Positions 55,449-63,289 of a stretch of DNA of 64,000 nucleotides are shown here, one piece after another; positions within the stretch are counted from its first letter, which is position 1, and every line of letters begins with the position of its first letter. The DNA is from Dehalococcoidia bacterium (GTDB lineage: Bacteria; Chloroflexota; Dehalococcoidia; Lucifugimonadales; UBA3495). The notes beneath the pieces were generated by a model. That model did no database searches. It worked only from the letters and a program-made list of their open reading frames with translations, and was not told the DNA's origin. The DNA lies in the NCBI GenBank assembly GCA_965249355.1, contig CBDFLW010000004.1, positions 446,653 through 510,652 on the forward strand, given 5' to 3'. Position numbers and translations under genes: made by a program.

Positions 55449-55521
55449 TGCCGAGGGACAGACTCGAACTGTCGACACCGGCATTTTCAGTGCCGTGCTC
55501 TACCACCTGAGCTACCTCGGC
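55449..55521 (-). tRNA. tRNA-Phe (anticodon GAA), CCA not encoded
   Basis: Hand-folded: GCCGAGG-TA-GCTC-AGGTGGTA-GAGC-A-CGGCA-CTGAAAA-TGCCG-GTGTC-GACAG-TTCGAGT-CTGTC-CCTCGGC-A. Confidence 0.9.
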
Positions 55522-55699
55522 GGAGAATACCATTATCGAATCCGTCGCAGCGGCTGTCAAGGCAAACTCCAGTTGACCGGCGGTATCTTAATTGCAGCAA
55601 GGGCTGGGCGGAGTGGTGAATTATAGGGTCAGAGTTTGAGGAGTGTGGAGGAAGGTTGTGTGAGAGGAGAGTGTCGGAGATTGGGGTCCTGGGCTGCTG

Positions 55700-55948
55700 G
55701 AGGCCTTTGGTCAGATAGAGGACCCCAGGAAGCCCTAGGAAGCGCGCCAGCCCGCTCCGACTCCTTGCCCTTGTGGCGTACACGCATCCTGGTGGAGCGG
55801 GCCATCAACCGTCTCAAGCGGTTCCGGAGGATCGCCGCCCGGTACGAGAAACAGGCTGAGAACTACGGTTGAGAACTACGGTTGAGAACTACTTGGCGAT
55901 GCTGCACATCGGACCGATTCTACTCTGGTCATAATTTGAATATATGCC
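55700..55948 (+). pseudogene. IS5-family transposase 3' remnant with its terminal repeat
   Basis: ...LWRTRILVERAINRLKRFRRIAARYEKQAENY, then a 13-bp tandem duplication (GAGAACTACGGTT x2) that breaks the frame, then ...LAMLHIGPILLWS* and an end ATAATTTGAATATATGCC similar to the intact IS5 end. Confidence 0.7.
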
Positions 55949-56290
55949 CTGAGACCACTGCTCAAACGGCGAGCCCATCTAGCGCATGTAGTTCCGGACA
56001 GTTTCCGACACCTCCTAGTAGTACGAAATCTTTGAAATGAGGAGTAGCCTATATTGGTGTAAGCACCCGGCGATTGTTGACCAATGCTGCTCTCCGCCAA
56101 GATGCATGCTTTTCATGTCATCATTTCAAAGTAGTTGGGCTACTAGGGGGACGACAGCCAAAAGTGCTGGGCGGGAATCTTCATACCCAGCGGGGCAATG
56201 TGGTTTGAGTCAGATATTTTGATGGATTTCGTCTTATAATTCATAGTTTTGATACGTATTTGAACTGCCTCTGTACCTGTCTTTGTGCGG

Positions 56291-56319
56291 TTGACAACAA
56301 TATTTTCGGCTATTAGTAT
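56291..56319 (+). promoter_or_regulatory. sigma-70-type promoter candidate for the ABC operon
   Basis: TTGACA (56291-56296), 17 nt, TAGTAT (56314-56319), in an AT-rich patch 92 bp upstream of the SBP start. Confidence 0.5.
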
Positions 56320-56410
56320 TACCGAATCTCCACGACTTGGCCGCTCCCTCTACAGGGACGGCCACCCAACAGGAAACCGGCCCCCCGGGTTACTGTTTCG
56401 AGGTTACGTC

Positions 56411-58183
56411 ATGCGTTTCTCCGCGTTTCTCAGGCCGTACACTCTCCTAGCCGCGCTTCTGGCTGTCGCCTTGTTTGTAGGAATGGCCTGTGGGTCTGAT
56501 CCTGAGGAGCCCGCTGCCTCGGCGACCCCGGTGCCGACAGTGGCGATGGAACCCACCGATAGCGCGGATGCGGACGAGCCCTTAGCGCAGTCGGACCCCG
56601 AGGCTGTCGAAGCTCCCGTGCTTGCGCCAGTTTCCGGCAAGCAGGGAGGGGTGATCAGTATGGTGAACTACGGCGATGTCGAGCTGTTCGACGTCCATGC
56701 GGCGGGCACTCTGCAGTCTTCCCAGTTCCGCAGTCCGTTGCACAACCAGTTGGTGTACTTCGACCCCACCAATACATCCGAGTTGGTGGCTGATCTGGCC
56801 AAGAGCTGGACGCTTGCCGACGACGGCTCAAAGTACACTTTTGTAATTCACGACAACGCCAGGTGGTGGGACGGTACCCCAGTTACGGCCACCGACGTGG
56901 CATTCAGCATCAACCGCTGGATCGAAGCCGGCGAACCCAGGCCCCGGACAGGTCTGCTGCGCCCCTATGTCGAAAGCGCCGAGGTGGTGGACCAAACCAC
57001 TGTAGACGTCCACCTCAAGTATGCTTCCGCGGCCATACTCCAGTTGATGGGTGTGGACTTCATGCTGATTTTCCCCGAGGCGCAGAAGGAGCAGGGGTAC
57101 GAGCGGTTTGAAGACGTGATGGGTAGTGGTCCCTTCATAGTGAAGGAATGGCAGCGGGGAAGCTACTACGAGTTCGAGAGAAACCCAAACTATTTCAAAG
57201 AGGGGCTGCCCTACCTGGATGGTTACAGGTCCAACACTATAGTGGATGCCGGCACCATCGTGGCCGGGTACAAGACCGAGCGTCTGATGATGTCCAGCAC
57301 CACTGTGATGAACATCTCTGTTGAGGACGCGCTTGAACTTGAGAAAGAGCCCAACCTCGGTGTCTATTACACCAAGACGGCAACCCTCAGCGACATTATC
57401 ATGAACACCAATGACCCGCTCTTTAGCAATCCGGATCTGCGGAGAGCGCTGTGGCTCGCGCTTGACCGCTGGGAATTCCAGGACACCTTCGGAGCCGGAA
57501 AGAACGCGGTTGGGGCACCATTCATCCCCGACCAATGGTACTCCTACTCAACAGAGGAACTGAAGCAATTCCCCGGTTTCGGCGGTTGCGAAGGCTGCCC
57601 CAGGACCAAGCAGGACGACATTGACGAGGCCGTGGCCCTGATGAAGGAGGCGGGATACGACCCGCCTAGTGCCATTGGTGAAATTACCCTCTCCAGCTTC
57701 ACTGCCGCCGGCTTCCCGGATCTTATGGCTCTGTTCAAGGAACAGATGAAACGGAATCTGGGTCTGGACATTAAGCTGGTCATCAAGGACCTGGCAGCCA
57801 CCAACCCGGAACACATCTCAGGCAATTACGTCATTGGCGGTTCCGGATACGGTATTAACATCCTGGACCCGGACGACTTCGTGAACGCCCAGTTCATGCC
57901 CACTGACCGCGCCTGGAGCCGCTGGCAGCCACCGCCCGAATACATCGAGTGGTTCCAGCAGCAGAGCGCCGAACTGGATATAGAAAAGAGGAAGGTGATT
58001 CTCAGAAAAATAGAGGACTATCTGCTTTCCGGGGATGGTCACGGGAACATAATCTTCCATTGGCGACCATACTTCAACGTGGTCAACAACAAGATCAAGA
58101 CCGCCGCCGGTGGCTATGTTGTCCCCGATACCATCCAGCTCGCTGTCGGTTCAACTGTAGAGCACATCTGGATAGAGGAGTAG
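56411..58183 (+). CDS. ABC transporter substrate-binding lipoprotein, family 5 (peptide/nickel, DppA/OppA-like)
   Basis: Signal plus lipobox LFVGMACGS. About 590 aa with the family-5 layout (...KSWTLADDGSKYTFVIHDNARWWDG...). Confidence 0.85.
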   Translation: MRFSAFLRPYTLLAALLAVALFVGMACGSDPEEPAASATPVPTVAMEPTDSADADEPLAQSDPEAVEAPVLAPVSGKQGGVISMVNYGDVELFDVHAAGTLQSSQFRSPLHNQLVYFDPTNTSELVADLAKSWTLADDGSKYTFVIHDNARWWDGTPVTATDVAFSINRWIEAGEPRPRTGLLRPYVESAEVVDQTTVDVHLKYASAAILQLMGVDFMLIFPEAQKEQGYERFEDVMGSGPFIVKEWQRGSYYEFERNPNYFKEGLPYLDGYRSNTIVDAGTIVAGYKTERLMMSSTTVMNISVEDALELEKEPNLGVYYTKTATLSDIIMNTNDPLFSNPDLRRALWLALDRWEFQDTFGAGKNAVGAPFIPDQWYSYSTEELKQFPGFGGCEGCPRTKQDDIDEAVALMKEAGYDPPSAIGEITLSSFTAAGFPDLMALFKEQMKRNLGLDIKLVIKDLAATNPEHISGNYVIGGSGYGINILDPDDFVNAQFMPTDRAWSRWQPPPEYIEWFQQQSAELDIEKRKVILRKIEDYLLSGDGHGNIIFHWRPYFNVVNNKIKTAAGGYVVPDTIQLAVGSTVEHIWIEE

Positions 58184-58236
58184 CCCGGCTGCGCGCTGCG
58201 CGCGCAAAACAATCCGAAGATAAGATTCCACCCGAT

Positions 58237-58260
58237 GAGGGAGGGGCTTCTCCCTCCCTC
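58237..58260 (+). other. intercistronic hairpin between the SBP and permease genes
   Basis: gagggaggg gcttct ccctccctc (9-bp stem). Confidence 0.45.
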
Positions 58261-58312
58261 GCTTGATTGATTCTTGCAGCCCGGTTAAAAGCGACGCAGG
58301 GAGAGCAGGCCG

Positions 58313-59269
58313 TTGAAACAATATGTTGTAAAGAGGATTCTGCTCTACTTCCCCACTTTGGTTTTCATCACGGTGCTGGTGTTCCTGCTGATGAGGGTGA
58401 TCCCCGGGGACCCTGCCATACAGCTTTTGGCTGCAGGGGGAGACGCGAGCTACACCGAAGAGGAGCTGGCCAAGAAGCAAGCCGAACTTGGTATAGATCG
58501 CCCGCTCCCCGTGCAATATTTTGATTGGATATGGGGCATGCTCAGGGGTGATATGGGCAAGGCCCTCTACTACCAGAGGCCGGTGATCGAAGAGTTGAGC
58601 CCCCGCATCCCTATCACCTTCGAGATAGCTATCCTGGCAATGATCATCAGCATTGTCCTCGCTGTGCCATTGGGCATAGCTTCCGCCGTTACCCAGGACT
58701 CCCTGTTCGACTACATAGGCAGAGGATTCACCATATTCGGTATCAGCGTTCCCATCTTCGTAACCGGTATAGTGTCGATTTACATCTTGGCCCGCGTATT
58801 CAACTGGTTGCCCCCGTTCGGTTACGCCAAGCTATGGGAGGCGCCTTGGGAGAACCTGCAGCAGATCTTTTTCCCGGCCCTGACCCTCGCCATCTTCCAG
58901 ATGAATTTCACCGCCAGGGTCACCCGTTCGGCGATGCTGGAGGTGCTCCGCGAAGACTATATTCGCACCGCCAAGTCCAAGGGCCTGCACGAAAGGGTAG
59001 TCTTGTCTCGCCACGCTTTAAAAAACGCGCTGCTGCCCATCTTCGGTGTTGCCGGTTGGTCCCTGGCTATCTTGCTGGGCGGCTCCGTAATCATCGAGCA
59101 AATCTTCATTGTTCCTGGCCTGGGCAGGCTATTGATAGAAAGCATTGGTCAACGGGACTACAACCTGGTGCAAGGGGTGGTTATGGTGTTCGCCGTATCA
59201 GTGTTGACCGTCAATCTGCTGGTGGATTTGGCCCTCGCCTGGATTGACCCGAGGATCAGGTATGGTTAG
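58313..59269 (+). CDS. ABC transporter permease (DppB/OppB-like)
   Basis: KQYVVKRILLYFPTLVFITVLVFLLMRVIPGDP ... RTAKSKGL (EAA loop). TTG start. Confidence 0.85.
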   Translation: MKQYVVKRILLYFPTLVFITVLVFLLMRVIPGDPAIQLLAAGGDASYTEEELAKKQAELGIDRPLPVQYFDWIWGMLRGDMGKALYYQRPVIEELSPRIPITFEIAILAMIISIVLAVPLGIASAVTQDSLFDYIGRGFTIFGISVPIFVTGIVSIYILARVFNWLPPFGYAKLWEAPWENLQQIFFPALTLAIFQMNFTARVTRSAMLEVLREDYIRTAKSKGLHERVVLSRHALKNALLPIFGVAGWSLAILLGGSVIIEQIFIVPGLGRLLIESIGQRDYNLVQGVVMVFAVSVLTVNLLVDLALAWIDPRIRYG

Positions 59270-60227
59270 CCCGGCCAATCAACAGGGGGCGGGAGAAACG
59301 CTATATCGCAACGCTCCGCAAACCGCCGCTCATGCAGTTAAAACAAGTGGCAGGGCCCTGAGGGACTTTTATAAGAGGAAGCCCTTGGGAGCCATTGGCG
59401 GCATCATTCTTTTGATGATGATTCTTCTCATACCCATCGGACCCGCGGTCGCTCCCTTTGACCCCTACTCGCCTCATGGAAAGTTCAAGTACGCCGGCCC
59501 CGGAACGACGTGTAATTCCGAGTCTGCATGCCGGGAAGACTTTGGCAAGACCTTCTGGCTTGGCGCGGACCAATTGGGACGAGATACCCTCAGCCGTCTG
59601 CTTCACGGCGCCAAAACCTCCATGCGTGTCGCAATCATCAGCGTACTGGTCGGCGTCACCGCCGGGGCGTTGATAGGAATGGCCAGCGCCTATTTCGGGG
59701 GCCTCATCGACTTGCTGATCCAGCGCCTTCTGGACAGTCTCATGGCAATACCGGTGATCATCCTCGCCCTGTCAATCGTGGCCGCTTTTGGAGCGTCTGT
59801 CACCAATGTAATTCTGGCTTTGATAGTAATTTTCATCACCGGATCCGGAAGGGTGATCAGGGCACAGGCCATGGCTGTCAGGGAGACGGACTACGTATTG
59901 GCCGCCACCGCCGTCGGAGCCGGCCCAGTCCGCATAATCCTGCGCCACATCGCTCCCAACTGCGCTGCCCCATACATCGTTTTTGCTACCGCCAACCTGG
60001 GCTACGCCATAGTCGTAGAGGCAGCCCTCAGCTTCCTTGGGGTAGGCGCCCCACCAGATGACCCCACTTGGGGCGGAATGTTGGCCGTCGCCGGCAACAA
60101 CTTCATCGAAGTATCTCCCTGGTTGCTGGTGTTCCCCGGCATTGTCATCTGTGTGGCCGTATTCAGCGTCAACATCTTGGGCGATGCCCTGCGCGACGTG
60201 CTCGATCCCCGACTACGCGGCTCCTGA
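59262..60227 (+). CDS. ABC transporter permease (DppC/OppC-like)
   Basis: ...WLGADQLGRDTLSRLLHG...YVLAATAVGAGPVRIILRHIAPN... ATG at 59262 overlaps the upstream stop by 8 nt. Confidence 0.85.
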   Translation: MVSPANQQGAGETLYRNAPQTAAHAVKTSGRALRDFYKRKPLGAIGGIILLMMILLIPIGPAVAPFDPYSPHGKFKYAGPGTTCNSESACREDFGKTFWLGADQLGRDTLSRLLHGAKTSMRVAIISVLVGVTAGALIGMASAYFGGLIDLLIQRLLDSLMAIPVIILALSIVAAFGASVTNVILALIVIFITGSGRVIRAQAMAVRETDYVLAATAVGAGPVRIILRHIAPNCAAPYIVFATANLGYAIVVEAALSFLGVGAPPDDPTWGGMLAVAGNNFIEVSPWLLVFPGIVICVAVFSVNILGDALRDVLDPRLRGS

Positions 60228-60253
60228 TCTTGTAAGGTCCCTCTGATTGTCGC

Positions 60254-60289
60254 GACTGCCCCCGGGTTGCCGGGGGGCAGTCATTTTTT
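60254..60289 (+). terminator. rho-independent terminator of the ABC operon
   Basis: gactgccccc gggttgccg gggggcagtc followed by attttttc. Confidence 0.8.
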
Positions 60290-60743
60290 CACCAACATTC
60301 ACGAACAGGCGAAAGGCAGTCCCGGTCAGCAAGCAGGGTTCCCAATAAACCTCCCTCCGCCCTGGCAGGCGGCGTGATCGCAGCACCGGCGCTGGCAGTC
60401 GCTGTTGCCGCCCTCTGCCTGAGGTCCCGGTCGCGGCACCAGGAAAGCCTGGGCTGACGGGCAGGAAATCGAGTTGAGACAACCGAATCGCTCACGCCAC
60501 GAAAACGGTCGCTCCCTGTCAATCCCCAGCGATAAGCCCCACGCTTGGGCCGGGCGATGGTCTTCGATGTTGGCCGACCGTCTCTCGGCCATGCCCCCAA
60601 CGCACGCATCACCTGACGGACGCGGCCCTAAGCGATGGCCGATGAAGTTGCCAGGAATCTTGAGACTGGGCTGAAACCCATTGCGCGAACTTAAGCTCAA
60701 GAGATCACTGCAGATACCCATTCACGGAGGACAATCACATTTA

Positions 60744-60773
60744 TTGATAATTACAATCATAATGTGGTATAAT
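60744..60773 (+). promoter_or_regulatory. near-consensus extended -10 sigma-70 promoter
   Basis: TTGATA (60744-60749), 18 nt, TGgTATAAT (60765-60773), in a sharply AT-rich 60-bp island. Confidence 0.6.
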
Positions 60774-60779
60774 GCAAGT

Positions 60780-61088
60780 TATAAGGATGGCACAAAAGTA
60801 TGCGAATACTACGGGGTTCTGTTAACGGGCCTCATCCGGGATGCTGCCACGGAATCCTACGGGCCAAGCGGAGAGAGGCCCACTTGAAGGCACAGGGATC
60901 CCGAGGCCCAATCAAGCGTTGTGCCGAAATCAACAGCGAGAATACGGTAAGACCGTTCGATGCCGGGACTGGGCGGACCTGCCGCAAGCGACGTCCGCCA
61001 ACCATTAAGCCAAACGGGAGAATGGACCGGAGATTGCCCATGTGAAAGACGACCCCCTTGAAGGGGAGATCCCAGCGGAGGTGACGAA
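60780..61088 (+). other. about 300-nt GC-rich structured leader / candidate cis-regulatory or small RNA (class unknown)
   Basis: Local stems: ggcaca/tgtgcc (60889-60894 / 60920-60925), ggcggac/gtccgcc (60972-60978 / 60993-60999), cccc-ttgaa-gggg (about 61054-61066). It ends at GGAGGTG plus ATG 61089. An 81-codon very basic ORF (60800-61045) is the alternative reading. Confidence 0.35.
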
Positions 61089-61490
61089 ATGACTACGCTC
61101 AGAAGAGAGACAACCATCGAGGAACTTATCAAGGAACTGGAGATTATCGACCCGACTGAAACCAGCGTCGGAACCTGGAACGGTCCCGATGGGGAAATGC
61201 GGGTGGCCATCATCCACGAGAGCGGGCATCTTTACGCCATCCCCGGCGAGAACGAGGAAGAGAGGGAGGCGGCACTCCTGTTCCGGCTCCCGGTGGAGAA
61301 AATCGGAGTGGAGGCGGCGATCCAGGCGGTGGAAAAACACCTGGAACGGGAACACCCGAGGGAAATGCGGGAGTGCGACATGCTGGGATGCCGGAACCCC
61401 GTCCCGGGGGACCAGGGAAAGAGCGTGGCCCCCGGAACCTACTTGGCTGTCTGCGACGAGTGCGCGCCAATCGTTGCAACCGTCAGGTAA
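61089..61490 (+). CDS. hypothetical protein with a C-terminal four-Cys motif
   Basis: Strong SD (GGAGGTG, 5-nt spacer). 133 aa, acidic N-terminal half, ...CDMLGC...CDEC... at the C-terminus. Confidence 0.6.
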   Translation: MTTLRRETTIEELIKELEIIDPTETSVGTWNGPDGEMRVAIIHESGHLYAIPGENEEEREAALLFRLPVEKIGVEAAIQAVEKHLEREHPREMRECDMLGCRNPVPGDQGKSVAPGTYLAVCDECAPIVATVR

Positions 61491-61582
61491 ATGGCCGGGA
61501 ACACATCGCCGTAGCATGCAATCGGCAGCGATGAAGTATCCCAAGCAGGCGGAATTTGCCAGGACGACTGCATTGTAGCTGT

Positions 61583-61623
61583 GAATCGGTTGGTGGTGAC
61601 GCCCTCTCACCACCAACCGATTC
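61583..61623. other. perfect 17-bp-stem hairpin downstream of the hypothetical gene
   Basis: gaatcggttggtggtga cgccctc tcaccaccaaccgattc, with no U-tract. Confidence 0.6.
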
Positions 61624-61839
61624 TGACTACCCGTCCTTCGACAAGCTCACGACCAAGGGATTGCATGCCTTAATGACTTTGCAGCCGTCATGGGGACCGG
61701 CCGCTGAGATCCGGGGGACGGAGCCCATTGGAAAGGCCGATCTGGTCCTTCAGCAAGACTGTTGTATGCCCGGCTCCCGGGCAGACCAGCGCAGGCGGGC
61801 GGCAATATCGTGCCCGTAGCAGAGCAGGAAGGGAGCAGG

Positions 61840-63069
61840 TTAGACTATTGCCACCGCCGTGACCTCAAAGAGGAGTTCAGAGATCAACCGGTCGGGCGGG
61901 CCGGGCCGACGGATGCGGTGCATCGAGACTCCAGTGGCCGAGGGGAAGTTGTCGCCGAAGAACTTTCGCCGCACCTCCCCGATCCGCCGGTAGGCCGACA
62001 GGCCGTTGGGAGGGACCCACTCTATGGTGTTGACCACGTCGTCCATGGAATAGCCGCCCTCGGTCAGCACCCGCGCCAGGTTGCCGTAGGCCTGCTCGGC
62101 CTGTGCCACTATGTCGAAGGGAGCCACGGCGGAGGCGGTAGTGTGATCGACGCCCGCTTGGGCTGAAAGCTGTAGCATTCGCCCCTTCTTTACTCCCGGA
62201 ACGTGGGTAGCGCCGCCGTAGCTGGGCTCCCACCCCGGTACCTGTATCTCCTCCCGGTTCCCGTCGAGCACCGCGACCGCCTCGACTTCCACATGGCCCT
62301 CGGGGCGTAGCAGCCGGTTCACCGTGATGCCGGTGTTGGCTGGGTATAAGCCCCCGAAGAACTCCCGCCGTGAGTCCGCGGCGCCGCTGTCATACTGGAG
62401 CCATGCCTGCGGCGAGATGTATTCCAGCGTCTTGACGACGTCTGAGGGAACGGCCCCGGCGGCATCCAGCACCCGGCCCACGATATCGTAGGTGAGTCCC
62501 ATCTGTCGGCCGGTGTCTTGGGGGAAGGATGCCTGCCCGTCCACCTCCTCATTTCCCACGAATCCGGAGGTCCACAGCGTGTCGCCCGCGATTACGCCGG
62601 GCACGTAGGTGAGGGCGCCATAGCGATCGTAGCCGGGATTGACAGCACGCTTCTCTCCAGCCACCGCCACCGCGCTGACCTCCAGCAGGGCGTCGGGCCG
62701 GAGCAGTCGCTCCACGCAGATTCCGGTGGCCCCCACCGGCGTGCTGCCCAGGAATTCCCGGCGGATTGCGCCGGTCTCGCGGTATTGAGGCAGGGCCACC
62801 GGGTCGATGTAGTCGACCGTCTGCACCACGTTATCGAAAGACATCCCGGCGGCTTCCAGGATCACGCCCAGCTTTTCGTAAATGACCCTGGTCTGATCGA
62901 GCAGGTCGCCCTTGCAGAGGACGGCTCTTGCAGACGGGTCGTACTCGCTGGCCGTCTGCCCTGCCAGGTACAGAATCCCCGCGCTCTCCGCTCCCAGGCA
63001 GAAAGTGTAGCGGTTCAGATCCAGCCACCGGAATTTCTGCGGGTCGACCTCGATAATGTTCCTGGGCAT
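61840..63069 (-). CDS. three tandem RidA/YjgF/UK114-family domains in one polypeptide
   Basis: 409 aa made of three units of about 135 aa, each ending in the family-typical ...R(P)xxL(L/V)E(V)xAVAV (EVSAVAVAG, VEVEAVAVLDG, FEVTAVAIV) and each with YxxxxxxRxxF and xTGxxVxRL motifs. Confidence 0.8.
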   Translation of the reverse strand: MPRNIIEVDPQKFRWLDLNRYTFCLGAESAGILYLAGQTASEYDPSARAVLCKGDLLDQTRVIYEKLGVILEAAGMSFDNVVQTVDYIDPVALPQYRETGAIRREFLGSTPVGATGICVERLLRPDALLEVSAVAVAGEKRAVNPGYDRYGALTYVPGVIAGDTLWTSGFVGNEEVDGQASFPQDTGRQMGLTYDIVGRVLDAAGAVPSDVVKTLEYISPQAWLQYDSGAADSRREFFGGLYPANTGITVNRLLRPEGHVEVEAVAVLDGNREEIQVPGWEPSYGGATHVPGVKKGRMLQLSAQAGVDHTTASAVAPFDIVAQAEQAYGNLARVLTEGGYSMDDVVNTIEWVPPNGLSAYRRIGEVRRKFFGDNFPSATGVSMHRIRRPGPPDRLISELLFEVTAVAIV

Positions 63070-63138
63070 AACAACTCCGTGTCACCCGGTAATTGGAGCC
63101 GGGAATTACTTACGCGCGAACGATTGGCTAAACAACCC

Positions 63139-63235
63139 GGTCATTCCCACGAAAGCGGGAATCCAGTGCGAGGACTCCGCTGGCCATGTTGCATTCAGAT
63201 GGCCCCTGTATGCCCGCTTTCGCTGGAATGACGGC
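63139..63235. repeat. inverted pair of REP-B units
   Basis: ggtcattcccacgaaagcgggaatccagtg (63139-63168) and tatgcccgctttcgctggaatgacggc (63209-63235). Confidence 0.75.
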
Positions 63236-63289
63236 CATCTGGCGCGGGGATGTTTGGCAATTAACTCGCTTGCCACTGAAGTCGGGAAT

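Noticed and set aside
60326-60721. 131-aa minus-strand ORF in the gap after the ABC operon.
   Set aside because: It has no RBS and no motifs, its composition is Cys/Arg/Gly-rich junk, and it overlaps equally long ORFs in other frames.
60780-61088. Assignment of the leader to the glycine riboswitch (GGAGAG, cTTGAAGG) or the cobalamin riboswitch (GCCACGG).
   Set aside because: The core consensus elements (ACCGAAGGGGCAA, or a B12 box AGYCMGGnGACCkGCC) are not present, and the downstream gene gives no functional support.
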